NCBI GenBank assembly: GCA_963753975.1
Contig: CAVWEH010000001.1
Span: 192,001 to 256,000, forward strand
Direction of reading: 5' to 3'
Source of the DNA: an uncultured delta proteobacterium
GTDB lineage: Bacteria; Desulfobacterota; Syntrophia; Syntrophales; Smithellaceae
DNA length: 64,000 nt
In this document: positions 44,402 to 53,003 of the stretch, in pieces
Position numbering within the stretch: the stretch's first letter is position 1
Layout: each line of letters starts with the position of its first letter
Made by a program: the position numbers and the translations under genes
Notes under the pieces: model-generated
The model's input: the letters and a program-made list of their open reading frames with translations, nothing else
Database searches by the model: none
Told to the model about the DNA's origin: nothing

Positions 44402-45718
44402 TTATTTATCATCATCTTCGTCGTCATCGTCAAAGGAAAGCGGATTTTTTGACCCTTCCGGCACTACGGCCTTAAGCGAGCGATAGATACCGCGAACAAG
44501 CAACCACATAATCAAGAAAAGAATAATCATCGAGGCAATAAGAATAAAGATGATGGTTGCGGTCCATGCTTTTGCTTCTTTGTCGATATTTTTGGAAACT
44601 TTTATGACGGCTTCATTATATTTTTCTACATCCAAACCCATACCGACCCAGCCAAAGCCTCCCGGTGGGGGAAGATTTGCTGCGTAAAACTTAATCGGCG
44701 CGTACGCTACAAATTTGGTATGACCACCAAATTTATATATCATGATTCCAGAATTACCGGATGCTGCATCTTTTGCGATTTTCGGCAAATTGGGATCCAT
44801 GAAATTAAGTTGATAGAGGTTTAATACCTCCTCACCTCTCTTGGTCAAATTTGCTGCATTTTGTTCAGTAAGAGCGGGAACAGGCGTACCGTTTTTATTA
44901 AGCCCCGCTATGTGGTAATCATTAGGATGGGAAATGACAAAACCGCGGTTATCTACCATGTAAGCATAGTTGCCGGTGGAAGCGTCCGCTTCAAATACCT
45001 GTTCCGACTGTGTAGGAATGATGTGATCAGTAAATTGGGCCAAGAAACGATAATCTAAGGCCAATGTAAGGATACCTGCAAAACCTTCTTTATTAAAAAC
45101 CGGGGTAGCAAAACGAACAACTCCAGAAAATCTGGCACCGTTTACAAAGGCTGCCCTCGATACGTACCAACCAGTAACCGGGGAAACATATACTTCACCC
45201 TTATTTAAATTTTTAGTTTCAGCAAAATAATTTTCCGTTTTATAGGTTGTATTAGCCGGAGTGCTTACATTAATTAGTTTCGCGGTCGGTGCTGCTTTAC
45301 CACCGACTATTTTAATCAGTTCTTTGCCCTTCTTATCTATAAGAGACATCTCTTTATATAGGGGGATCAAAACCTTTTGGATTTTTTTCCCCTCTTTGAT
45401 CCAGAGAGATTTTTTGTTTTCGAGGACAAACTGCTTGTATGCAGTTTCCGATGTTGGAATAATTGTTGCTATAAGTAAGTCTTTCTTGCTTTCCATAAGG
45501 AAACTGGCAATTTCATCTGCGGTATTAATGGCACGAATTTTTATTTCTTCCTGTGATTTTTGATCAAGAACATCAACTGTTCTCTCTTTTATGGTAACCC
45601 CAAGCTTAAACATGCCGTTGGCAATTAAGAAGGCCATCAGTGATAAGGGGATTACGATAAGCAGGAAGAACACGCCTCCGATAGTAAAAAACTGCTTATT
45701 TTTTTTAGTTTCTGACAT
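44402..45718 (-). CDS. TM-Cache-TM sensor-like membrane protein with no cytoplasmic output domain
   Basis: LYKEMSLIDKKGKELIKI, VRFATPVF, YAYMVDNRGFVISHP are Cache-like; after TM2 only a ~30-aa tail ending DDDDEDDDK. Confidence 0.8.
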   Translation of the reverse strand: MSETKKNKQFFTIGGVFFLLIVIPLSLMAFLIANGMFKLGVTIKERTVDVLDQKSQEEIKIRAINTADEIASFLMESKKDLLIATIIPTSETAYKQFVLENKKSLWIKEGKKIQKVLIPLYKEMSLIDKKGKELIKIVGGKAAPTAKLINVSTPANTTYKTENYFAETKNLNKGEVYVSPVTGWYVSRAAFVNGARFSGVVRFATPVFNKEGFAGILTLALDYRFLAQFTDHIIPTQSEQVFEADASTGNYAYMVDNRGFVISHPNDYHIAGLNKNGTPVPALTEQNAANLTKRGEEVLNLYQLNFMDPNLPKIAKDAASGNSGIMIYKFGGHTKFVAYAPIKFYAANLPPPGGFGWVGMGLDVEKYNEAVIKVSKNIDKEAKAWTATIIFILIASMIILFLIMWLLVRGIYRSLKAVVPEGSKNPLSFDDDDEDDDK

Positions 45719-45763
45719 TATAATTCCCCCCTAACCTTTGTTAATTTTTTAGTTAACGTATCA

Positions 45764-46138
45764 TTAACCCAAAAAATAACGCATGTAAGGGTTAGCATAG
45801 AGAAGTACGAGAGAGACAACCAAGGCATAAATAGCGATGGATTCCGACATAGCCATTCCTACCAGCATCGTCATCATAATCTTTCCCTGTACGCCCGGAT
45901 TTCTTCCTACTGCGGAGCACGCGCCACTGGCGGCTGTTCCAATACCCAGACCTGCGCCGACGGCTCCCACGCCAATAGCGATACCTGCAGCGAGCATCGC
46001 ACCCACGGCAAAAATAGCTTTGGAGTAAGATTCACCTGCGGATATAACGTCTGCTGCAAAAACGAGCGGACTCGATAAGAGCAGAACAATTATTGCAACG
46101 AATGTGCTGAGAATTTTTTTTCTAAAGTTGTGTGACAT
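45764..46138 (-). CDS. atpE: ATP synthase F0 subunit c (orphan, with signal-peptide-like N-terminal extension)
   Basis: GxGxGxG helix, GRNP loop, MSESIAIYALVVSLVLLYANP. Confidence 0.95.
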   Translation of the reverse strand: MSHNFRKKILSTFVAIIVLLLSSPLVFAADVISAGESYSKAIFAVGAMLAAGIAIGVGAVGAGLGIGTAASGACSAVGRNPGVQGKIMMTMLVGMAMSESIAIYALVVSLVLLYANPYMRYFLG

Positions 46139-46267
46139 TATTTATCTCCTTTCCAGTTAATTGTTAATATTAAGGCCAAATATTAATAATAATCTTTCTC
46201 CATCACTAACATAAATTAGATGTCATGAAAAGAGGAAATCATTTTATTTAGACCGATTGATAATATT

Positions 46268-46283
46268 TGCACAATATGTGCCA
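46268..46283 (-). promoter_or_regulatory. Sigma54 promoter upstream of atpE
   Basis: Minus strand TGGCACATATTGTGCA = GG-N10-GC with near-consensus TGGCAC and TGCA boxes. Confidence 0.8.
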
Positions 46284-46518
46284 TTGTCTTGAAAGGAGAT
46301 ATCTCCTATAGAAGATTGCCGTACATCAGTACGAGGAAGTCAAGGAACCAGTTGCCTAATTCATTGAGATTGCTTTATTTAAACCATAGCTGTTCAATGA
46401 CGTTTGGGAATAAGGATGTTTGATAATAAAATTTTTATGGAGCTGAAATTAAGTTCAACCATGGTCTCGATTTAAAGTTTTGTTAAATCACCAGCTATAA
46501 AACATTCAAATTACATGT

Positions 46519-46636
46519 ATGAGTCTCAGCATAATTTGGGGGTGCAATCCCACGTCGCTTAGCTCCTGGGATAATTCGACTAACGTTTCAAACTTCATCC
46601 CGACTCGTCGGGATTCGTTTTCAGCGAGTCTCATTA
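46519..46636 (-). repeat. Modular palindromic repeat, copy E (reverse orientation, diverged)
   Basis: Minus strand TAATGAGACTC...AACGAA-TCCCGAC/GTCGGGA hairpin...AGTCGAATTATCCC. Confidence 0.65.
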
Positions 46637-46732
46637 TATTTATATTGAAATTTTGTCTGGAGGCCGTTAATATCTGGCATATTATCTTTGCGGCGATTCT
46701 TAAGTGCCATAATCTTTTATTAAAGGATTGTT

Positions 46733-46915
46733 ATGCAGGAAATTTTAACCGCTGTTACGTACCCGATAGTCTGGCTTATTTGCTCTTACGTTTTAAAAAT
46801 TGAGAGCGGCTTGGCGAAACTTCTTATTTCACTTACGGCATCTATCTTAGTTTATGTCTTGATAGGCATAATGCGTTCCTCAAAAGAAGATAAATGGGAT
46901 AAAGAAGATGAATAA
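46733..46915 (+). CDS. Small two-TM membrane protein with acidic tail
   Basis: AAGGA RBS, two hydrophobic segments, tail KEDKWDKEDE. Confidence 0.6.
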   Translation: MQEILTAVTYPIVWLICSYVLKIESGLAKLLISLTASILVYVLIGIMRSSKEDKWDKEDE

Positions 46916-47032
46916 TATCATTAACATCTTTATAAAAGTTGGTCCGCAGATACGGCGTTTTATTCCAAGCTGCTCTGTTACTGAAAAATCAAGATTTCAT
47001 TTAAACAAAAATACTTGTTATTGAGGGTATAG

Positions 47033-49597
47033 ATGCGCATTTGGTTTGCCAGCTTAACTGTAATCGTCTTGATCATACTGCTCGCTTTGACGGTTAACAA
47101 TGCCCGGGAAAAAGAAATGGTTGAGCTTTTCAGCCGCCAGCAGCTTGCCTATGCCCAGAGTACAGCTGCAAGAATGGCCGATATATTCACGCAAGTCGAA
47201 AAAAATATAGCGTTGCTTTCTCGCCTGGAACATCAGGATAATATGCCGGAAAGAATCGATGATGATTTAAAAGTTATTTATTCCGGTTGGGAAAATATAG
47301 TCAATGCCGTCATCTTGCTGGACAAAGAAGGGAGGATAAAACGCGTCTTCCCTAAAGGTGCGTTTTCAGTTGTAAACATTGCAGGACATTTTAAAATTCT
47401 GAAGCAGAAACAAAAACAATATTTAAGTTTAGCGCCGGCGGAAAAATCACGTGCAACCGGTATAAAACAGAAAACGGACTGGCATCTAATTATTGGTTAT
47501 CCCCTTTGGCGTCAGGAAAATATTTTTTCCGGGGCCTGGATAGTGTCTCTATCTCTGGCGGCAATAATTGAAGGATATGAGAAGCAAACAAAAGATAATG
47601 GATTGGGTGATCTTTGGTTGTTAGATGAACAAGGCAACTTCATTATCCATCCTGATCCGTCTTTTATCGGGAAAAACATCAGCAGTTTGGTAAAAAACAT
47701 GAATGGATCTGAACTCGATTTCTCTTCCGAACAGGGAAATTATATGGATTCATTAGTTCGGCAAAATAATAAAGAAGAGAAAAGAAGTATTATTGCTTAT
47801 TATCCTTTACAAGCCGGTGGGAAAAAATGGTTTATATTGGTTGCCTCGCCATACAGTAACGTCATTCTGCCCGTACGTAAAACATTCGCTTATACGCTTT
47901 TCAGCGCTATTCTGCTTATTCTGGTTGTGGTTGTTGCCAGTATGTCTTTTGCCTTCAGGGAAGGTAAAAGGTTACGGATGAAAGAAGGGCAAAAAAGATT
48001 AAAAGAACGGGAAGATTGGCAGGAGAAACTTCTGAGGGAAAAGAAAACTATCGATGGTATTATGCAAGGCTCGCCGATCCCCGCTTTTGTCATCAACAAA
48101 GCGCATGAAGTTATCCTATGGAATCGTGCTTGCATGGAGCTTACCGGTTACTCGACCGCAGATATGGTCGGTACAGACAAACATTACATCCCTTTCTATT
48201 CAGTAAAAAGGCCGGTTATTGCCGATTTGATCATTGATAATGATATTGAAGGCTTGAATCAATATTACGGTGAAAAAAAGATAAAAAAATCGGAAAAAGT
48301 ATTGGGTGCCTATGAAGCGACCGATTATTTTGAAAATCTCGGCGGCCACAGCCGGTTTTTGTATTTTCTCGCAGCCCCTATTTACGATGAAAAAGGGGAA
48401 ATTATAGCGGCAGTTGAAACACTGCAAGATGTTTCTCGCGATGAAGAATTGACCAGAAATTTGCGCGAATATGCTGAAACACTGCAAAATGAATTGACCG
48501 AGAATATTGAATTGCGCCGAGAAATTGAAGAACTTTACAATTATTTACAATCAATCGTAAAAAGTTTGCCGGATAAAATTTATGAAATGGACGAAAACGG
48601 CATCGTCAATTACATAAGTCGAGGTAGAAAGAAGGACGGGGGAGTATCGTCACGTGAATTTAAAGGTGTGTATTTTCTGGAATTTGTTGCTCCGGCGGAC
48701 AGGGATTTTGTCTTGTCTATGTGGGAAAACGCGAAAAAAGGTATTTACACACCCTATGAAATGGAAGCTGCGGCAAAAGACGGCCGAAAGATAAATTTAT
48801 TGGTCACCACGTCACCTGTCATCGGCACTAACCGCTATATTGTAGTTCAACGCGACATTACCGAATTTAAAAATTTGGAAAAAAAGCTCTATGAAAGTGA
48901 AAAGCTGGCCGCTCTGGGACAGTTATCGGCGGGAATTGCTCATGAAGTGCGCAATCCGCTATCATCAATTAAGATGAGTTTGCAGATCCTGGAGAAGCGC
49001 ATGAATCCGGCAGGCAATGATCTAAAAAGATTTAAAATAGCCGAAAAAGAAGTGGAGCATTTGGAGACGCTGGTTAACAATGTTTTGGTTTTTGCCAAGC
49101 CGCTGGAACCAAAAAAAATTCCTGTAGATTTAGCCAAAGTACTCGACCATGCTATTGCTATGGCCGAAAAAGAAATTGCCGACAAACGAGTTGAGTTGCA
49201 AACAGAATTCAGTAATATACCCGCTATAACAGTTGATCCAGCAATGATGACCGATGCTTTTTTAAATATTATTCGTAACGCTGTGGAAGCAGTAACTGAG
49301 TTTGGCAATATTACAGTTTCCTTGCGATATTTTGATGAAACAAATCAATCAGTGGTAGTGGAAATTAAGGATAACGGATGCGGTATCGATGAGGAAGATA
49401 TGCCGCATATATTTAATCCCTTCTTTACGGTAAAAAAATATGGTACAGGTTTAGGGCTTTCTCAGGTAAAGAAAATAATTGATCTTCATCGAGGGACTAT
49501 TGATATTTTGAGTAGAAAGAATGAGGGTACGATGGTTCGTATTGCTTTGCCGTTGGAAATCGCTGATGCACGGATGGTTAGTCTACCTGAAAATTAA
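47033..49597 (+). CDS. NtrB-like histidine kinase (TM-Cache-TM-2xPAS-HisKA-HATPase)
   Basis: AHEVRNPL H-box, NIIRNAVEA, DNGCGI, FNPFFT, GTGLGL. Confidence 0.95.
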   Translation: MRIWFASLTVIVLIILLALTVNNAREKEMVELFSRQQLAYAQSTAARMADIFTQVEKNIALLSRLEHQDNMPERIDDDLKVIYSGWENIVNAVILLDKEGRIKRVFPKGAFSVVNIAGHFKILKQKQKQYLSLAPAEKSRATGIKQKTDWHLIIGYPLWRQENIFSGAWIVSLSLAAIIEGYEKQTKDNGLGDLWLLDEQGNFIIHPDPSFIGKNISSLVKNMNGSELDFSSEQGNYMDSLVRQNNKEEKRSIIAYYPLQAGGKKWFILVASPYSNVILPVRKTFAYTLFSAILLILVVVVASMSFAFREGKRLRMKEGQKRLKEREDWQEKLLREKKTIDGIMQGSPIPAFVINKAHEVILWNRACMELTGYSTADMVGTDKHYIPFYSVKRPVIADLIIDNDIEGLNQYYGEKKIKKSEKVLGAYEATDYFENLGGHSRFLYFLAAPIYDEKGEIIAAVETLQDVSRDEELTRNLREYAETLQNELTENIELRREIEELYNYLQSIVKSLPDKIYEMDENGIVNYISRGRKKDGGVSSREFKGVYFLEFVAPADRDFVLSMWENAKKGIYTPYEMEAAAKDGRKINLLVTTSPVIGTNRYIVVQRDITEFKNLEKKLYESEKLAALGQLSAGIAHEVRNPLSSIKMSLQILEKRMNPAGNDLKRFKIAEKEVEHLETLVNNVLVFAKPLEPKKIPVDLAKVLDHAIAMAEKEIADKRVELQTEFSNIPAITVDPAMMTDAFLNIIRNAVEAVTEFGNITVSLRYFDETNQSVVVEIKDNGCGIDEEDMPHIFNPFFTVKKYGTGLGLSQVKKIIDLHRGTIDILSRKNEGTMVRIALPLEIADARMVSLPEN

Positions 49598-49608
49598 GGT
49601 CGCTTATT

Positions 49609-50991
49609 ATGTCCAAAATTTTGGTTATTGATGATGATGCTTCGATTAGGGAAACCCTGGATTTGTATCTGACGGAAGAAGGTTATACTGTGGAAACCGC
49701 TCAAAACGGTACAGATGGCCTGAACAAATACGTGAAAAATCCTGCTGATGTAGTGATTTTAGATATCAGGCTGCCGGATGTAGATGGCTTCTCTGTGCTG
49801 GAAGACCTGAAGGAGGAAAATGAAAACATAAAAGTGATTATGATTACCGCTTATCATGACATGGAAACAACGATTAACGCCATGAAAAGCGGAGCCTTCG
49901 ATTATATTCATAAACCGGTCAATGTCGATGAACTGGATATTGCGATTAAAAAAGCCCTGAAATCGCTGGAAATGGAAAAAAAGATAGACGGTCTTTTGAT
50001 GGAGCCTTCGCGCAATTTCCGGGTCGGTGATATTATCGGAACCGGCAATGAAATGCGGGAAATATTTAAAACGATAGGAGTAGTTTCGCAGAGCCGGACG
50101 ACCGTCCTCATCCAGGGCGAAAGCGGCACGGGCAAAGAATTAATTGCCAAGGTTATCCATAACAATACTTCGCCCGACGAACCGTTTATTGCCGTTAATT
50201 GTTCGGCGATTGTCGAGACACTCCTGGAATCAGAATTATTCGGCCATGAGAAGGGCTCGTTTACGGGCGCCATTGCCCGTAAGTTGGGCAAATTCGAGCT
50301 GGCTCGTTACGGTTCAGTCTTTCTGGATGAAATCAGTGAAATGTCCGTCAACTTACAGGCAAAACTCTTGCGTGTTTTACAGGAGATGGAATTCGATAGA
50401 GTGGGCGGCAAAGACAAGGTCAAGGTTAACGCGCGGATTATGGCCGCGACCAATAAAGATTTAAAGACTCTGGTGAAAGAGGGAAAATTCCGCGATGATT
50501 TGTATTATCGTTTGAATATCGTTTCGATAAATATTCCGCCGTTGCGAACACGCCGTCAGGACATTCCACCGCTGATCGATTATCTGCTGGCAAAAATCAA
50601 TATGGATCTGCACAAAAAAATTATCGGCGTTTCGGACGAGATGATGGAAATATTCATGAATTACAACTGGCCGGGGAATATCCGCGAATTGGAAAATCTG
50701 CTGGTCCGGGCCTGTGTTGTCGCTAAGGGTCAGGTATTAGGCAAAAATGATTTTCCGGAACTTGGTAAGGACGAGACAACTAAGCTGCAAAAGGATACCG
50801 CCGGGGATATATTTACAGTAGTCGAGCCGGGTAAATTCTTAACACTGGACGAAGTCGAAGAACGTTACATCAGAAAAGTCATCAAAGAAACGAATAAGAA
50901 TAAAGGCGAAATTTGCGAGTTATTGGGAATTTCCCGTCCTACCTTCGAACGCAAACTAGAAAAATATGGGATTACCTTTGAACGAGAATAA
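49609..50991 (+). CDS. Sigma54-dependent response regulator (NtrC/AtoC type)
   Basis: Receiver domain, GESGTGKE, GSFTGA, FRDDLYYRL, WPGNIREL, Fis HTH. Confidence 0.96.
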   Translation: MSKILVIDDDASIRETLDLYLTEEGYTVETAQNGTDGLNKYVKNPADVVILDIRLPDVDGFSVLEDLKEENENIKVIMITAYHDMETTINAMKSGAFDYIHKPVNVDELDIAIKKALKSLEMEKKIDGLLMEPSRNFRVGDIIGTGNEMREIFKTIGVVSQSRTTVLIQGESGTGKELIAKVIHNNTSPDEPFIAVNCSAIVETLLESELFGHEKGSFTGAIARKLGKFELARYGSVFLDEISEMSVNLQAKLLRVLQEMEFDRVGGKDKVKVNARIMAATNKDLKTLVKEGKFRDDLYYRLNIVSINIPPLRTRRQDIPPLIDYLLAKINMDLHKKIIGVSDEMMEIFMNYNWPGNIRELENLLVRACVVAKGQVLGKNDFPELGKDETTKLQKDTAGDIFTVVEPGKFLTLDEVEERYIRKVIKETNKNKGEICELLGISRPTFERKLEKYGITFERE

Positions 50992-50996
50992 GGAGT

Positions 50997-51175
50997 GTTG
51001 CCCAAGAATCCTTTTCGCTGCCTGCAAGCATTTTGGATAAATCTAAGGCTCGCTTCGGGCGATTACAAAACTCGCCTGCGGCTCAGACATTTGTAATCGC
51101 TAATCTTACGCTTCGCCAAGCTTTATTAGCCAAAATGCTTTCAATGGCCGCTCAAATGGATATCTTTTGGGCAAC
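50997..51175. mobile_element. MITE-like nested palindrome (179 bp)
   Basis: GTTGCCCAA/TTGGGCAAC termini; inner arms AAGCATTTTGG/CCAAAATGCTT and GCGATTACAAA/TTTGTAATCGC. Confidence 0.7.
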
Positions 51176-51220
51176 TGATCGTCCATGACCCGATCCCATT
51201 TTTTTCTCTTCCTCCTGCCT

Positions 51221-51700
51221 TTATGCCATTTCTTCCAATTTTGAAAGATGGTATCTAAGAGGGGCAACTTCCCGCCAGAGAACTTTATCACCAGATTTTA
51301 TCTTACTCTTCTGATAAAATTCAGCAATTTTTCCTCTTTCTCTGAGTCTGTTTGCGGGGGATAGGGCATCAGTTTTGAAAACTTGACCTACCGATGTTTC
51401 AACTTCGAACTCTCTTTCATCAGTTGGAATTAGCCCATTCTTTATGGCCTTTGTGATTGAAAGGTAGTTTTGCTTTATAGCGCCCTGTGTTATTTCCCAT
51501 GAGGTTGACTTTTCGGATTCTTCAAATTTATTACTTTCAATATTTTCAATAGCATGCTCCACTTTTTGTGCTTCTTTTTTAATCCTTTCGATATCTTGAA
51601 CTATTGTATTTAATTGCGCGATCCTTTTTGACTCTTTTTTTTCAATAGAAATTTTCATAAGGTTCCAAATTTTTTCTTCCAAATATCTAATTTCCTTCAC
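51221..51700 (-). CDS. AT-rich hypothetical protein: N-terminal coiled coil plus small beta-rich C-terminal domain
   Basis: GGAGGTG RBS before the GTG start; 159-aa ORF; no motif recognised with certainty. Confidence 0.7.
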   Translation of the reverse strand: MKEIRYLEEKIWNLMKISIEKKESKRIAQLNTIVQDIERIKKEAQKVEHAIENIESNKFEESEKSTSWEITQGAIKQNYLSITKAIKNGLIPTDEREFEVETSVGQVFKTDALSPANRLRERGKIAEFYQKSKIKSGDKVLWREVAPLRYHLSKLEEMA

Positions 51701-52037
51701 GTGAACACCTCCTTTGTCATTTTGTCAGTATTACTAACAAACAATTTAACATTTGTCAAGCAAAAATATTTAACCTTGGCCTTTATTTAAAAACCATTAT
51801 AGGGATCTTTAAATATAAGTTTTTTTGTGTTGACAGAATGGATAGTCATTTCCTTGGAGCCTGCCCGGCGAATGCGGGGAGCGAAATGAGACAAGGCAAG
51901 CAGGAAATTATCCTTGCATAAATGGCGGAATAGGAAATATAAAAAGGGCCATATAATCAAATCGAGTATCGACGAAAAACTAAGGTAAGAAAATTGCTCA
52001 GACAAGTAGCTCGTGTCGTTAAGGATTATTTTAAAAC

Positions 52038-52628
52038 ATGAAAATTACTAGTGCGGAATTTATAAAAAGCGCCGTATGGCCTCCTCAATATCCACCGGCG
52101 ACATTGCCGGAGATAGCTTTCGTGGGTCGCTCCAACGTGGGCAAATCATCTTTGATCAACACGCTGGTCGGGCGCAAAAATCTGGCTAAAACGAGCAATA
52201 CTCCGGGGCGGACGCAGTTGATCAATTTTTTCTCCATTAACGAAAGCATTTCATTTGTTGATTTGCCTGGATATGGCTTTGCCAGAGTTCCTCAGTCTGT
52301 TAAGAAAAGCTGGGGGGAAATGGTGGAGACTTATCTTCAGGAACGGAAGAACCTCGCATTGGTGATTTTTATTTTAGATATCCGGCGTGATCTAAGTGAA
52401 GATGATTTGTCTTTGCGGGATTGGTTGGAGCATTACCGGATAGCTTATTTGTACGTTTTAACAAAGACTGATAAATTGTCCAATAATCAGGCTATAAGTC
52501 AACAGACTAAAATCGAACGCGTTCTGCATGTGGAAGCGGGGAGGGGAATAATCCTCTTTTCCACTAAAACCGGGCAAGGTAAAAATGATATTTGGCAGGT
52601 ATTGGAAGAATATCTGCGGTTGCCGTAA
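52038..52628 (+). CDS. engB: Ribosome biogenesis GTPase EngB/YsxC
   Basis: GRSNVGKSS, PGRTQLINFF, DLPGYG, TKTDK. Confidence 0.97.
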   Translation: MKITSAEFIKSAVWPPQYPPATLPEIAFVGRSNVGKSSLINTLVGRKNLAKTSNTPGRTQLINFFSINESISFVDLPGYGFARVPQSVKKSWGEMVETYLQERKNLALVIFILDIRRDLSEDDLSLRDWLEHYRIAYLYVLTKTDKLSNNQAISQQTKIERVLHVEAGRGIILFSTKTGQGKNDIWQVLEEYLRLP

Positions 52629-52830
52629 AGAAAGGATCTATAAGTATATAATCAGTAGATTATTTTATATAGCTTGGCTTTGAGTCATGGTTTGAAAAAA
52701 TATTCTTGCCATGTATAAACTCGGCAGAATATAGATAATTTTGAAAGAAACTGTCTCTAATTAAGAATCCTGATTTACTAGTAATTTTCATCTTTACACA
52801 ATTTTAACAAGGTTGAAAAACAAATTTATC

Positions 52831-52861
52831 TTGACCGATGGTCAAAAATTTTTTATATAAT
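52831..52861 (+). promoter_or_regulatory. Palindromic operator overlapping a putative hdr promoter
   Basis: TTGACC-gat-GGTCAA inverted repeat followed by TATATAAT. Confidence 0.5.
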
Positions 52862-53003
52862 ATGCATTAACAAAGAAGACATAAAAGAAGCTGCTAACCT
52901 TGACAGGATGATTAAATTATGTTAGCGGAGCCCAGTTTATCCGACCGTAAATTAAGTAATATTTTAAAGGCTTTGCATATAGAGAATATATAAGGGGTAT
53001 CAA

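Noticed and set aside
46674..46691. Sigma54 promoter for the small membrane gene and kinase (TGGCATATTATCTTTGC)
   Set aside because: GG to GC spacing is 12 nt, incompatible with sigma54.
51787..52030. ncRNA or small ORF upstream of engB
   Set aside because: No recognisable RNA family motif, convincing stem set or RBS-supported ORF.
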